A DNA stretch of 64,000 nt from a virus: IMG/VR virus record IMGVR_UViG_3300017917_002918, positions 64,001 to 128,000 of that record, one strand, 5' to 3'. Shown here piece by piece: positions 10,319 to 22,092 of the stretch; positions within the stretch are counted from its first letter, which is position 1, and each line of letters begins with the position of its first letter. A program made the translations under genes and the position numbers. The notes under the pieces were generated by a model. It made no database searches. It was not told where the DNA came from and worked only from the letters and a program-made list of their open reading frames with translations.

Positions 10319-11980
10319 TCAACTAATTTTAAATAAATTTTCAAATATTTTTTCTAAGACATCGACCACTATACTGTTTCCTGCGCACTTATACATTTGT
10401 GTCCTAGACATACCGACCGCCTTACACTTTTCCACATCTTCGTCCGTAAAGCCCATCAAACGCCATGCTTCTTTTTCTGTAAGTTTTCTAATCCTGTATT
10501 GTGGAGTTAAATATTTAAGAGGATCTTTGTATTCTCTTGATGATATGCATGGTAGAATATGTTCACTACTATAAACCCTGTTGTTATGTTCGTATCCATC
10601 TCCTAATGAGCCAATTTGTTTGCAGCTATTAGTATGGTCTATTATCTTTGGAGAATCAGTTCTGTTAAGTATTGTAGGACTTATACCATTCGAACTATAA
10701 ACCCTACGCTGACGTTCATTGTCGTTTATTATATCTAGTGGTATATCAAACTGCTTAATAATTTCATTTGGTTCAAGTATCTTAATTTCCTGATTGCCAC
10801 CAGTTACGGTGGTTATTGTTGGTGAACATCCTTCAGAGGAGTATACACGTTTTAGATAATCATGACCATTGATATTATCTAGTCTACCAATGCAATCACA
10901 CTCGTTATCATTAAGTAATACACCATGTCTATCTTGTGCCGTAAGTGTAAACATGGAATCACCATCTTCCTTAAATCGTCTACCATTTTGTCTTTTATTT
11001 ACTCTGTCTGGTGTTATACATGGAATAGCAATATGTGTTCTTTGTCCATGATTATCTAGTCCTTTATGATAATTTGAATCAATGCAATTTGATATGTCGC
11101 TAGTTTGAATCCTTAACTTTTCATGGTCTTGTAATACTGGTGATTGATTGTGTAATTGATCCTGCTGTTTTAAAGTTTCTATTAATTTCTTAGTTTTTTC
11201 TTCGCTTATGTAATATTTTTCATCTACTTCTTTTTCAAGAAAATCTTTAAGTCTTAATCCATTGTCAAAAGGTTCTGGGAATTGAAATGTACCATCATCT
11301 ATATCTTTTCTAATACTAACTATGTAAATTCTTCTTCTATTTTGTGGTACGCCATAATTTTTTGAATTTAAGACTTTGTGATAATTGTTATACCCAACTT
11401 CTTCTAAATCAAATAAAATTGATTCAAATTCATTTTTAAATTTCTTATGTGTCAAAGCTTCTACATTTTCAATAATTGAATACTTAGGTTTATTATATTT
11501 TAATATTCTCAATCCATCGTAATATAATCCGCTTCTTGTTTTATTACCTTCTTCGTCTACAAATCCTTTTTGTTCCCCCGCAATGCTGATATCCTGACAA
11601 CAAAATCCCCATGACATCAAATCAAATTCGGGCAATATTTTTTCATCAATATCAATTATGCTCCCTAAATTTTTACTTCTTTTGTTTGCATTATATAATT
11701 GTCTAAGTTTATCAGGCTTTATTTTATTTTTATCACATGGTTTTTTACCATCTGTTGTAAATGTAAAGCTTTCTAATTCCTTCAATATTTCATCTTTGCT
11801 CATATCTCTAGAATAATCAATACCATCATTTGTATGTATTGCATCATATGATATTATTGCATTTACATCCCATTCTGATATACCAATCATTTCATAATCA
11901 ATGTCTAGGTTTGTCAAAGATCGTTCGAACGCTCCAATTCCTGAAAAAAGAGATAATACTTTTAATTTATTTAACATCAT
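10319..11980 (-). CDS. C5-cytosine DNA methyltransferase with an expanded multi-TRD variable region
   Basis: FSGIG, GFCCQ (PCQ variant), ENV, QNRRR, RKLT..EAWRLMGF, GNS; several repeated RVYS..G.SPT blocks. Confidence 0.92.
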   Translation of the reverse strand: MMLNKLKVLSLFSGIGAFERSLTNLDIDYEMIGISEWDVNAIISYDAIHTNDGIDYSRDMSKDEILKELESFTFTTDGKKPCDKNKIKPDKLRQLYNANKRSKNLGSIIDIDEKILPEFDLMSWGFCCQDISIAGEQKGFVDEEGNKTRSGLYYDGLRILKYNKPKYSIIENVEALTHKKFKNEFESILFDLEEVGYNNYHKVLNSKNYGVPQNRRRIYIVSIRKDIDDGTFQFPEPFDNGLRLKDFLEKEVDEKYYISEEKTKKLIETLKQQDQLHNQSPVLQDHEKLRIQTSDISNCIDSNYHKGLDNHGQRTHIAIPCITPDRVNKRQNGRRFKEDGDSMFTLTAQDRHGVLLNDNECDCIGRLDNINGHDYLKRVYSSEGCSPTITTVTGGNQEIKILEPNEIIKQFDIPLDIINDNERQRRVYSSNGISPTILNRTDSPKIIDHTNSCKQIGSLGDGYEHNNRVYSSEHILPCISSREYKDPLKYLTPQYRIRKLTEKEAWRLMGFTDEDVEKCKAVGMSRTQMYKCAGNSIVVDVLEKIFENLFKIS

Positions 11981-12183
11981 TTCATCCTCCGATGTGTTGT
12001 TATACTACTTATTAATTTTAATGCCTCAGAACGCCTCGTAGGGCTTCCTAAATTTTTACAAAATAGATTTAAATTAATATAATTTATCATAATTTAATTA
12101 TTAATTATTTTACAAAAATTTCATGTAAAACTGTTAATTTAGCTGAATTTTTGTGACCTAAAACCGTTGACACATCTATGTTG

Positions 12184-13200
12184 TTAAATATTACCAATGT
12201 CACTATTTAATGAATTTTTGTGATTTTCTATCCTAATATTTGCCAAATTAAAATATGTTTCATCCATTTCAAACCCTATGTAATTTCTATTAGTATTAAC
12301 ACATGCAATGGCTGTAGTCCCACTTCCCATAAATGGATCAAATATTGTCATATATTCATCACTGCTGTGTTTTATTATATTTTCAATTAATTCAACTGGT
12401 TTTGGTGTAATGTGTCCATGCTTGGGTGCAGGAGGATATAACCATACATTACTATTAGCCCTCAAATCTTCTTTAACTGTAGCTGTATTAAATTTATATC
12501 TTAAATCTTCATATTCTCTTCTTAAATCTTCATATTCTCTAAACCCAGCCCATTTATTAATATTTAGTTTGTCTACCATTTCTTGATAAACTTCTTTTGT
12601 GCCTAAATCCCATTGGGTTGTTTTCCAGTAAAAAGAATGTTCGGCTTTTCTATGTCCTAATTGCTCATTGATTTTTTTTAGTCCCAACCCTATGTATTCT
12701 TGTAAATCTTTAAAATATTTTCTTAATGAAGAGAAGTTATTGGTGTCCAGCATCACAGTATTTAATCCAGTTTCATCTTGAAAGGTATAATACAATATAT
12801 ATTCGGTGAAACCATTATAATAATTTCTCATCATATCAATACTTAATCTTTGCTGAACATATCCGTAATTTTTAAAATTTGGATCAATTTTATTCCATGT
12901 TATCAATTGTTTAAATACAAATTTACTATTTTTATTCAGCCAATTTTGCAATTCTACAATCTGCATAAAATCATTGTGAAAGAAATAAAAACTACCATTG
13001 TCTTTCAATACTCTTTGACATTCAGTAAACACCTTACCCATAAAATCTATGTAATCACTTTTATTTTTCCATTTATCCCATCGCTTATCTTTCCCAATGT
13101 TATATGGAGGATCTGCAACTATTAAATCGATACTCTTGTTTGGCATCAGTTTCATACCCTCTAAACAATCCTGATTATATATTTTATTTATCTCTAACAA
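12184..13200 (-). CDS. Beta-class N4-C/N6-A DNA methyltransferase
   Basis: DPPY near the N-terminus; H.TPKP and DPFMGSGTT near the C-terminus. Confidence 0.93.
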   Translation of the reverse strand: MLEINKIYNQDCLEGMKLMPNKSIDLIVADPPYNIGKDKRWDKWKNKSDYIDFMGKVFTECQRVLKDNGSFYFFHNDFMQIVELQNWLNKNSKFVFKQLITWNKIDPNFKNYGYVQQRLSIDMMRNYYNGFTEYILYYTFQDETGLNTVMLDTNNFSSLRKYFKDLQEYIGLGLKKINEQLGHRKAEHSFYWKTTQWDLGTKEVYQEMVDKLNINKWAGFREYEDLRREYEDLRYKFNTATVKEDLRANSNVWLYPPAPKHGHITPKPVELIENIIKHSSDEYMTIFDPFMGSGTTAIACVNTNRNYIGFEMDETYFNLANIRIENHKNSLNSDIGNI

Positions 13201-13236
13201 ATCAATTCACCTCATTATTATTTTTTGATTACATAA

Positions 13237-13722
13237 TCAAATACTCGTTTTATTTCGATTTCCCCTACTAAGCTCATCGAGGTTATCTTTTAAATTACAA
13301 TAATGAACATTAGAAAAACTAAGTTTTACCATACCTTCATGTCTTAACCAGCCTGTATTTTTCTCTAGTAATTCAATATCATATGATGTTTCACCATTTA
13401 CTTTATTAATTTTTGTTATTTTACACTTTTTGCCATAGTATTCGTTATCCATATTGATATAAAGTATATCGCCTATATTCCTCATAATAACCCTCCTATA
13501 AAAATTCGATTTTATTTACAATCTTCTTCCACACATAGGACAAAAATTTATTCTTTTATCTATACCAAAATTTACTTCTAATTCATTGCTATCAACTGTT
13601 TTAACTCTTATATGTCTTAATTTTGGAATAAATATTATATCTAAACTTCTTATAGTTCCATCTGATGATTTATAATCTTCAAGAATTGTTTGTTCAACAT
13701 TACAGTAATCGCAGTCACACAT
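13237..13722 (-). other. Two small hypothetical cassette genes (13237-13485, 13516-13722)
   Basis: Each is bounded by the junction motif; the second ends in FCPMCGRRL (Zn ribbon). Confidence 0.6.
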
Positions 13723-13752
13723 TAATATATTTCCTCCTCATCAAATCTTACC

Positions 13753-14598
13753 TTATTGTATTTCTGGTATTTGTTCTTTTATGTATTTATAAACGTGCCA
13801 TTGTAATAAATTCGGAGTAGCAGTCATTGGATATATTTCTTCCCAAATGACATCTTTTAATAGGCTTATTATTATTTCTTTATATTCTTTTTTATTGATT
13901 TTTATAAAAAACTCTTTAGCGTATTGCCTATCATTGTCTGATAAGAACCCACCTAATTTCAGTCCATTTTGACCAGTTCCCCATGCAAGTATTCTAATGT
14001 CATAATCAAAAATATCTTTAGTTATTACTTTTTGTCTTTTGGGGTTGCTATTTTTTATACTTTCCCTTATTTCCCTTATTTCCATTATTTCCATTATTTT
14101 ATAATTTTGTTTTTTATTTAATCCATTGTAGGGTCTTTTATAAATATTAAAACAACAATGCACTTTTCGATCACTATATTGTCTTATTCCCAAATCCTCA
14201 CTATGTATTAAATCAAATTTATATATTGATTGAGTGTTATTTAATTGGCTAATTGGAAGTATAAATGCCACATAATCCGACAATTCAAAAGACTTATTAC
14301 AAAACGCCTTAGTTAAATTATTTTTATTCCCATATGGGGGATTTCCGATTACACACCTTCCAGATTTATATTTCAAATCATTTATTAAATAATCTTGTTT
14401 AATAATTCTATCGTCTTCTGGTTCTATATCATAAGCTAAAGTTTCTTTTGGCAAATAATTCAGAAACACACCTGCTCCTGCACTCGGTTCTATGTATTCT
14501 GATATATTTTGCTCACCTATTATTTCTTTTGTTTTATTAACTATGTATTCTGCTAACTCTTGCGGAGTATAATATTTATCATTCAATATTTTAGCCAT
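13753..14598 (-). CDS. Gamma-type N6-adenine DNA methyltransferase, paralog 1
   Basis: DKYYTP, IEPSAGAG, GNPPYG. Confidence 0.88.
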   Translation of the reverse strand: MAKILNDKYYTPQELAEYIVNKTKEIIGEQNISEYIEPSAGAGVFLNYLPKETLAYDIEPEDDRIIKQDYLINDLKYKSGRCVIGNPPYGNKNNLTKAFCNKSFELSDYVAFILPISQLNNTQSIYKFDLIHSEDLGIRQYSDRKVHCCFNIYKRPYNGLNKKQNYKIMEIMEIREIRESIKNSNPKRQKVITKDIFDYDIRILAWGTGQNGLKLGGFLSDNDRQYAKEFFIKINKKEYKEIIISLLKDVIWEEIYPMTATPNLLQWHVYKYIKEQIPEIQ

Positions 14599-14667
14599 AA
14601 TATACCTCCATTATTATTTTTATTCTTATATTTTGATTATTTAACTTCTGATCAAATCTTACTTTTA

Positions 14668-15051
14668 TTACCATGTGATTGTGGGATAAATTTCTTCACA
14701 TTTTCCATTTTTAAAAACCCATCTCCACAAATTATCATCTTCTCCACTCATTTCAATATATGAATCCTCTTCAACGTAAGGAGCTATAGAATTAAATATT
14801 TCTAAATCATCACCTAGTTTTTCTCCTGAGAAATAATCAATTTTATAATCGCCATTTGTATTTTCAACTAGAGGGTATCTAATTTCTTCAAATGCTTCTT
14901 CTATGGTTTCACAATCTAAAATTGTATCAATATCTACCCACATTAATTTTTCCTTAGTTTTAACAAAATCTTTTAATGCTTTCAAAACAAAATTGGCATT
15001 TTCTTTCTTTATAACAAATCTAATTTCGTTACTTTCTATACAATATCCCAT
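14668..15051 (-). CDS. Hypothetical phage protein
   Basis: ORF with RBS, bounded by junction motifs. Confidence 0.65.
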   Translation of the reverse strand: MGYCIESNEIRFVIKKENANFVLKALKDFVKTKEKLMWVDIDTILDCETIEEAFEEIRYPLVENTNGDYKIDYFSGEKLGDDLEIFNSIAPYVEEDSYIEMSGEDDNLWRWVFKNGKCEEIYPTITW

Positions 15052-15080
15052 AATAAACCTCTCCTTATAAATACTTAAAT

Positions 15081-15878
15081 TTATTGTATTTCTGGTATGT
15101 ATTTTTTCAACACATCATTAATGTGAAATTGTTGAATTTTTAACATTGCAATACAGTTTAATTCTTTTTTCCAGTCTACATTTTTCAAAACATTAATTAT
15201 TTCGTTTTCTAAGACTTTGTTGTTGATAATTATTTTGTATTCAGCAGAATAACTCTCATTATCATTTAATATTTTTCCTGCGGAAGAATCTCCCCAATAA
15301 CACATTCTAATATTGTAATCTTTGATTGCATTAAACTTTTTACTATCTTGTCTTACTATGGTGATGTCTTTTAATTTATTTTTTTGCTTTTTATTAAACT
15401 CTCCGTTTTCAGGTCTTTTATAAATATTAAAACAACAATGTAAATCTATATTAGAATATGTTTGAACTCCTAAATCTTCACTATGTATTAAATCAAATTC
15501 ATATAAACTATTTGTATTATTTAATTGGCTTATAGGTAGTATAAAAGCTACATAATCACTGAGTTCTATTGCTTTTTTGTAAAATTTTTGTGCCATATGC
15601 ATATTTCTTCCGTATGGAGGATTTCCTATAATTAATCTTCCCCATAAATATCCGCACCCCAACTCCAAAAAATCTTGTCTTTTTATTGTAGGATGCTCAG
15701 GTTCAATATCATATGCCCAACATAATGACGGAACATTTAAACTAAAGCTTCCATTCCCTGCCGATGGTTCTATAACTTCAGAAATATTTTCTTCACCTAT
15801 GATTTCATAGGTTTTATCAATACAATATTGTGCTAAATCAACAGAAGTATAATATTTGTCTAATGCTATTTTGCTCAT
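15081..15878 (-). CDS. Gamma-type N6-adenine DNA methyltransferase, paralog 2
   Basis: DKYYT, IEPSAGNG, GNPPYG; shares ELSDYVAFILPISQLNN and C-terminal IPEIQ with paralog 1. Confidence 0.88.
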   Translation of the reverse strand: MSKIALDKYYTSVDLAQYCIDKTYEIIGEENISEVIEPSAGNGSFSLNVPSLCWAYDIEPEHPTIKRQDFLELGCGYLWGRLIIGNPPYGRNMHMAQKFYKKAIELSDYVAFILPISQLNNTNSLYEFDLIHSEDLGVQTYSNIDLHCCFNIYKRPENGEFNKKQKNKLKDITIVRQDSKKFNAIKDYNIRMCYWGDSSAGKILNDNESYSAEYKIIINNKVLENEIINVLKNVDWKKELNCIAMLKIQQFHINDVLKKYIPEIQ

Positions 15879-15939
15879 ATTACTTCTCCTATCATTATTT
15901 TTATATTTTGATTATATAAAATACAATAAATTCCACAAT

Positions 15940-16910
15940 TTATTTACTTCTAAATTCTTTCATATATTCAATAGTTTCTTCTGTTAAGGGCTTACCATTT
16001 ACCATGTGATTTAAAAATTCTTGTAATTGTTCTATTTTTACCCAATATTTAGATGGGGCTTTCAACCACCAATTAGAAGTCTCACATTTCTTAAATTCAT
16101 TAATAACATCCAATGCTATCATTAATTCTTTTATGTCTCGTTTTGACTTTAGAAAGTCAGTAATCATATAAATTACCTCCTTATAAATTCACAATTTTAT
16201 ACACTCTTTTTTATGGTTTCCAAAATTCTATCGCTCAAAGAATACGAAAGGGCTTCTATTATTTTATCATTATAAGAGTCATCTTCGATTTGTTGTATTT
16301 TTGTAATTAATAATTCAGGATTATCTTGTAAGTATTTTTCTATTATTGCCCCACCCCCACACTCCATAACTTTAAAAATAAAATAACTTTCTTCTTCTAT
16401 TGATTCTTTCACCCTATTACTCAGTTCCTCTTTATACAATGGGATTAAGTCACGAATTAACCCATCTCTTATGCTTTCTGTGATAAGTTCAGCCAAATAC
16501 TTTTGTCCTATATTGGCAATTTTGTTTCTCAATTCAGAAATTATTATTTCTTTAATTTCAAACCTGTCTAAGTAATTTTCGATATTTATATCCACAAATA
16601 TTCACCATCCTTATAAATTCATAATTTATCTATATTCCCATTCATTTGTTTCCTCGTTAAATATCATAAAAGCTCTATCCATAATACACTTCTTATCATC
16701 TAAATTCCAAAGTTCCTGTAAATTATCTCTTTCAGAATTAGTATCTGTGTCGATAGACGTTAATTTATTGTCTTTTTCGGACTCTTCTCTTACTTCAATG
16801 AGAATTTTTAATGCATCCAATACATCTCCGTTAAAATCATCTGGTAAATTTAGCACTAACTCCCTTATGTAAAATATTTTTTTTGATTTCATATTATCCT
16901 CCTTATTCAA
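15940..16910 (-). other. Small hypothetical cassette genes (15940-16167, 16197-16595, 16626-16910)
   Basis: Stop codons lie inside junction motifs. Confidence 0.6.
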
Positions 16911-17226
16911 TATCTGGTAATTCGATAGTCTTACCAGCCATCATATGTGTACAATCTGACAAGTATTCAATTATCCCATCTGTTACGAATGAATGACAAA
17001 CTTCTGTTACATACTCACCTTCCCACCCTTTAGGAGCTGGATTTTCATTACTGTAACCTTTAGGATGTTTCCATTTAACTAACATTGATGCCCTAAATGT
17101 TGGGTTATTAACGTCACCATTAAACGCCCATCTACTATCAAACATATGGCTTCTTCTACAAGCAGGACATTCTATTAGATAGTAAATTGTGCCGTCATTG
17201 TTGATTCCTTTTAATACTTTTGACAT
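16903..17226 (-). CDS. DUF6527-like Zn-binding protein
   Basis: CPAC..SH.F...WAFNG....PTF..S...CHSFVTDG.IEYLSDCTH.MAG. Confidence 0.7.
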   Translation of the reverse strand: MSKVLKGINNDGTIYYLIECPACRRSHMFDSRWAFNGDVNNPTFRASMLVKWKHPKGYSNENPAPKGWEGEYVTEVCHSFVTDGIIEYLSDCTHMMAGKTIELPDIE

Positions 17227-17360
17227 GTTGTTCTCCTTATAAAGTTCATGATTTATTGCATCCCTACATATCTGTATTCGGCAAGATCATCTAGTGCCTT
17301 CTTTGTTCTTTTACACTTATTTTTATATCTACTAATATTCCTCTTATAACTCATCAAATA

Positions 17361-18152
17361 TCACCTTTTTCTATACAATTTAGCTATTCCCAGTATCTTT
17401 TTATTCAAATCAGCTCTTTTCTCATCAGAAATAGTATAGCTATATACTGTCATAAAATCTCCAACCATAATCTCTGTGTTTCCATATTCAAATGTTTCAG
17501 AGTATAAATTACAATTTGTACAACTATATTTAAACTCTACTTCTGATTGTTCGTCTGAATAACTATAAACTTTTATTAAATCTTTATCACATATTGGACA
17601 TTTAATCATCGCAATTCTCCCAAAACTCTATCATAACTATTCCATGTAAGTTTAATTACTCTTCTATCACCATTAGTTGAATATACAACTTCTGCTTCTG
17701 AGCTACACTTTGAACATCTTAGCCAATCTATTCTAACTGAGATGTCATTCACATCATTATAGCAAGCCATTTCTGTTTTACATTTTATACATTTCATGAG
17801 TTCGCATCCTCCTGATCAAATACTTCATTTATTGTTATTACTTATAAAATATCTTTCTACAATCTGGACACTTCCACATCTGTTTGATTACTGAGTCACT
17901 AAACTTCTCACAATAACCTGTATTAAAAATGTTTTCATGATTACACATCTCTTGTGTTAATCGCCTTAATTGTTCAGTTCTGTTTTTTATTCCATTTTGA
18001 ATCTCTTCAATGTGATTTTCTAATTTTGGAATGATACTATCTAAGTGTTTCTTTGCACAAATAGGGCACAGTGACTTTTCTTTGCAACGTCCAATAGGAT
18101 AAATCTTCTTTGTTTCAGTGCCACACCAATTACAAAATACCATTAATCTCAC
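17361..18152 (-). other. Small Cys-rich (Zn ribbon) hypothetical genes (17361-17609, 17606-17797, 17838-18152)
   Basis: CxxC pairs; cassette organisation. Confidence 0.6.
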
Positions 18153-18406
18153 ACTCCAATCAATTTGTTTTATCTTGTTTTTTTAATACTCCCAATGTCC
18201 CCAGTAAAATGTTACCAGATAACTCCCACAGTCTTTACAATAAAGACTGAATTCCACTTCGATTGTATCATTTTCGTCTTTAGTTGTTTTAATGTTTCTT
18301 TTTTCATGATTAGTAGAATTGCATTTATGACATGTATAAGTATCTATCACACAACCATCTCCTTATAAAACATAGATTTTACTTGCTTTTACGATCTCTA
18401 AAACTC

Positions 18407-19345
18407 TTATGTATCAACATTATTATTTTTTAATAAATTATCTACAATGAGCTTAACGACATTTAAACTCATAGCATTTCCAAATAGTCTATATGCCTGT
18501 GTATCACTAACAACAATCTTATATGTATCGGGCAAACCCTGTAGTCTAGCACATTCTCTAGGAGTTAATCTTCTTAGATTCGTCTTGCCAATTGGGTTGT
18601 ATTCTGTGTGATAATAATTGTCTTGACTTGCCCTGTGCATTTTGAATAATGTTGAACATAGCGGTCTTGCTATTTTTAAATCTGTCTCTGGGTTTGCATC
18701 CCAACCACCTGTCCCTCTGCTTAAAACTGTTTTTAACATTTTTTCTGTAAGATAGTATTTATCATCTACCTTTGGTTCAAGTAAATCTTGAACACTCAAA
18801 TTGATGGATTGGTGTTTAGGAAACTCAAAATTAAATTCACCAAAATCTTTATGTTGTCCAATAATATAAACTCTCCGTCTTGTGTGTGGTATTCCGTAAT
18901 CCGAAGTATTTAAAATTTTATAACTAATATTATAATTTAATTCAAACAGTTCTTTTACAATTTTAAAATCATTTTTATTATTTGAAGTTGTTAGTTTTTG
19001 AACATTTTCAAATATAAAATATCTAGGTAATTTATAATTTAGTATGCGTATGTAATCATAAAACAACTTACTAGCACTCCCTTTTAATCCCATCCCATCT
19101 TTCTTCATTAAAGATATGTCAGTACATGGACTTCCACCTATCAAAATATCAAAATCAGGCAATTCCTTTTCATTAATTTGTGTAATATCCCCATAATTTT
19201 GTCTATTGGGGAAGTTTTCATTATAATTTTTTTCTGCATAAATATCTATTTCAGAATATCCAACGCAATCAGCATATAAATCTAAAGCCATACCACCTAT
19301 TCCAGTACCAGAAAATAATTCAAAATATTTTAATTTACCCATCAC
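18407..19345 (-). CDS. C5-cytosine DNA methyltransferase (single-TRD size)
   Basis: FSGTG, GGSPC, ENV, RRRVY, RRLTPRECARLQG, GNA. Confidence 0.93.
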   Translation of the reverse strand: MMGKLKYFELFSGTGIGGMALDLYADCVGYSEIDIYAEKNYNENFPNRQNYGDITQINEKELPDFDILIGGSPCTDISLMKKDGMGLKGSASKLFYDYIRILNYKLPRYFIFENVQKLTTSNNKNDFKIVKELFELNYNISYKILNTSDYGIPHTRRRVYIIGQHKDFGEFNFEFPKHQSINLSVQDLLEPKVDDKYYLTEKMLKTVLSRGTGGWDANPETDLKIARPLCSTLFKMHRASQDNYYHTEYNPIGKTNLRRLTPRECARLQGLPDTYKIVVSDTQAYRLFGNAMSLNVVKLIVDNLLKNNNVDT

Positions 19346-19395
19346 TTTTCTCCTACTATCATTTTTTAACTCACCATCCCAATAAAATATTCCTT

Positions 19396-19698
19396 TTACT
19401 TATTTTTTAATTCTTGCAATAAATAACTGTAATGTATTATAAGAGCTTCATTTTCTGCGATTTCTTTTTTGTATTTTTCATTATCTCTAATACAGATATC
19501 TATAATATCACTATACTGTCTTATTAAATCATCTTTATTGGGTTGAATTGTTTCGATTCTCACATATTCTTTGTAGCACGTTGGACACATATTGTAGGGA
19601 AGCCTACTTGTCATATATTGAAAATATTTATTGCAAATTTTACAATGACACATAAATAACACCACTCTTTTATTTTTAATTTGATTTATTCTTGCCAA
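19396..19698 (-). CDS. Hypothetical Zn-finger protein
   Basis: CKIC and CPTC motifs. Confidence 0.55.
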   Translation of the reverse strand: MARINQIKNKRVVLFMCHCKICNKYFQYMTSRLPYNMCPTCYKEYVRIETIQPNKDDLIRQYSDIIDICIRDNEKYKKEIAENEALIIHYSYLLQELKNK

Positions 19699-19855
19699 AG
19701 TTACCAGAGCAATTCCATACTACACCCACAGAACCGAATACTCGCTCAATCTTCTCATTACCACACTTAGGACATTGTTTTAGCGGAATTTGACTCATTT
19801 TTAACTCTAACTCTATTTCACCACAAGTCTCGCACTTAAACTCATATGTAGCCAT
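19676..19855 (-). CDS. FmdB-family zinc-ribbon protein (59 aa)
   Basis: Not in the ORF track; manual translation MATYEFKCETCG...QCPKCG..KIERVF. Confidence 0.75.
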   Translation of the reverse strand: MATYEFKCETCGEIELELKMSQIPLKQCPKCGNEKIERVFGSVGVVWNCSGNFGKNKSN

Positions 19856-19864
19856 CTTTTTACC

Positions 19865-21828
19865 TCACATTTCTTTCATATTATAATTATCTCTAACATG
19901 GTCACTAATGATTTGTATTTGACTCATCACAAATTCATCATTGGCTATAGTAGGATGCAATCTCGCCGTACAAGTTAATTCCTTACCCATTTGTTTGTAT
20001 TTGCCATAATTAAACAGCAGTATCACCAGTGGTATTTCTGTACGATTCTTTGTCAATAGTTTTTGCAATAATTTAAATATCATAATTCAATTAACCTCGT
20101 TTCAAATTAATATTATTGTTTAATTATGTCCTACAGTCTATATAGCCCTGTTTTACAATAGTATCAAACTCTTTTTTGCTTAGAGTCATGTAATATTCGT
20201 TAGAGTGTTCAAATTGCATATAGTACACGACAATTCCGAAAGCTCCGCCACGATAATGGCTTGTTAGTCTTAATTTAGAATCAACTATTGTTATCACTCC
20301 AATCTCATGAGCAGTTTTAATCTACAAATTCATAATCTGTCCATCCAAGTTCACAATATTTCTGCTTTATTTTTGCAATCTCCAACCATCTAGTTTCATT
20401 ATTTATCCTACGTGGTGTATAAACACGCCAATTTGCCACATAATCCGAATCTTCACACATATATTCGATTGAAAATTTAGTCTTGCGATGTCCCTTTAAA
20501 TAGAAAAACTTATTGCCAATCTTCTCAACGGTTGCTTCTTCAATATGATCAATGATATCGTCTGTTATATATCGAGATTTATTATTTATTGGTTTCAAAT
20601 ATACTATTTGACCAACTTTGAGTTTTTCCATATCAACATCATCCTTTTTAATCTATTTTAACACATGTTTATTTACCAGTGAGATAATCTAATCTAGATT
20701 CCACTTCGTCCCATTCACCACAATTATTGTCTTCTGCCCATTCATCATCTGGATTCCATTTAAAACCATCGTCATCTATTACCAATACAGATATTTTTCC
20801 GCATTCATTAATATTTCCAAACGAATAATAAGCATTAAGAATATGTTCGTCTACTTCTGATTGTAGGCATTCCTGATTGTATACTTCTTCATTAAATAAA
20901 TACCCTATAACTCTCGCCACATTTATACCCCCAATATTCCAAATAAAATTTAGTTTTTACACACTTTAAATTTCAGCTTCATCGAATCCATTCTTAATTA
21001 CATTGTCACTAAAGCTAACGCCCTTTAAAAAATCTACAAATAAATCTACAACATCATGAATATCCTCATATTCATCAAATGTCTTTGATACAGTTACAAC
21101 TCTACCATCTGCCTCTACATATTGAAAGCTATAAGTTGTTCTATTGTTTTCCATCTCAATCATTTTTACACCATCCTTATATAATTATTTATCACCTGTT
21201 TGCCATAACCACGCCAAACAATAACCCAAAAATCCAAACGCTCCGAACGAAAACACACCAGTGTTATAAGAAATTAACGCATCAAATATGTAAAACAAAA
21301 GCCATAATGTTAAACCTTTTGCTAGTGAGTATTTACGTAATTTATCCAATATGATTTTCACAAAAATCACCTCACTCTTTACTCAGTCATATAAGTTAAT
21401 AACCCACCATAACAATACCAACATTGCCATTAGAAAATATACAATGATTAATACTAAATTTGCATATGCAATTATAATAAACGGGAACAGCATATAACTA
21501 TACTTTCTGAAGCTATTTAGATTGTTGGTAGGTGTGTGCAGAAAGTGAATTAAATTATGTATTACCAAGAATCCTACTGCACTTAGTAATATTCCTGCAA
21601 AATACAAATCGTAATACATCATTCACACACCTTTGCAACAGTAAATATTATTAAAATAAGAACAACTAATGCTATTGGAATCAATATTGGACTTAATACC
21701 CACCACCATGACCAAGCTATGAAGTTTGTTAACTTCAGCCCAATGAATAGAATTGTGAGTAATCCCAAAAATCCTATTCCACCACTATTATTGCTACTAT
21801 TATTGTTTGATGTCGCCATGAAAATCAT
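19865..21828 (-). other. Array of small hypothetical and membrane proteins (19865-20083, 20317-20631, 20669-20920, 20966-21163, 21185-21370, 21383-21622, 21619-21828)
   Basis: Co-directional ORFs with RBSs; the last three are hydrophobic with about two TM segments. Confidence 0.55.
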
Positions 21829-21877
21829 CTCCTTTACCTTGTTATGTGGCTATATAATCATAAGTTAATTACAAACC

Positions 21878-22092
21878 CTGAATCTCTGCACGAGCTAAAG
21901 CTCGGCAGGTTCTTACATACTATTCAACTTCTATAATAAATCTCGATTTATTATCACTTTATTATCACTAATTGATTTCTGTAAGACTTTCACTAACAAG
22001 AGTTACAACTAACTCATTGACGTTAGTATATAGGCTCAATTCAAAACCTGTTTCATATCTATATTACATTTTTCAACGCATTATTTAAGTAA
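21878..22092 (-). mobile_element. Non-autonomous IStron-like / IS200-IS605 right-end relic
   Basis: 3' end AAGAACCTGCCGAGCTTTAGCTCGTGCAGAGATTCAG resembles an IS605/IStron right-end hairpin ending in TTCAG. The interior GTGAAAGTC...GATAATAAAGTGATAA resembles group I intron P4-P6. It is preceded by GTGAT (TTGAT-like target). Confidence 0.45.

Noticed and set aside
12499-12540. 21-bp tandem duplication (REYEDLR twice) in the beta-class methyltransferase
   Set aside because: An in-frame heptad coiled-coil repeat; no evidence of phase variation.
10319-19345. Restriction-modification systems
   Set aside because: No adjacent endonuclease genes recognisable; the methyltransferases appear to be orphans.
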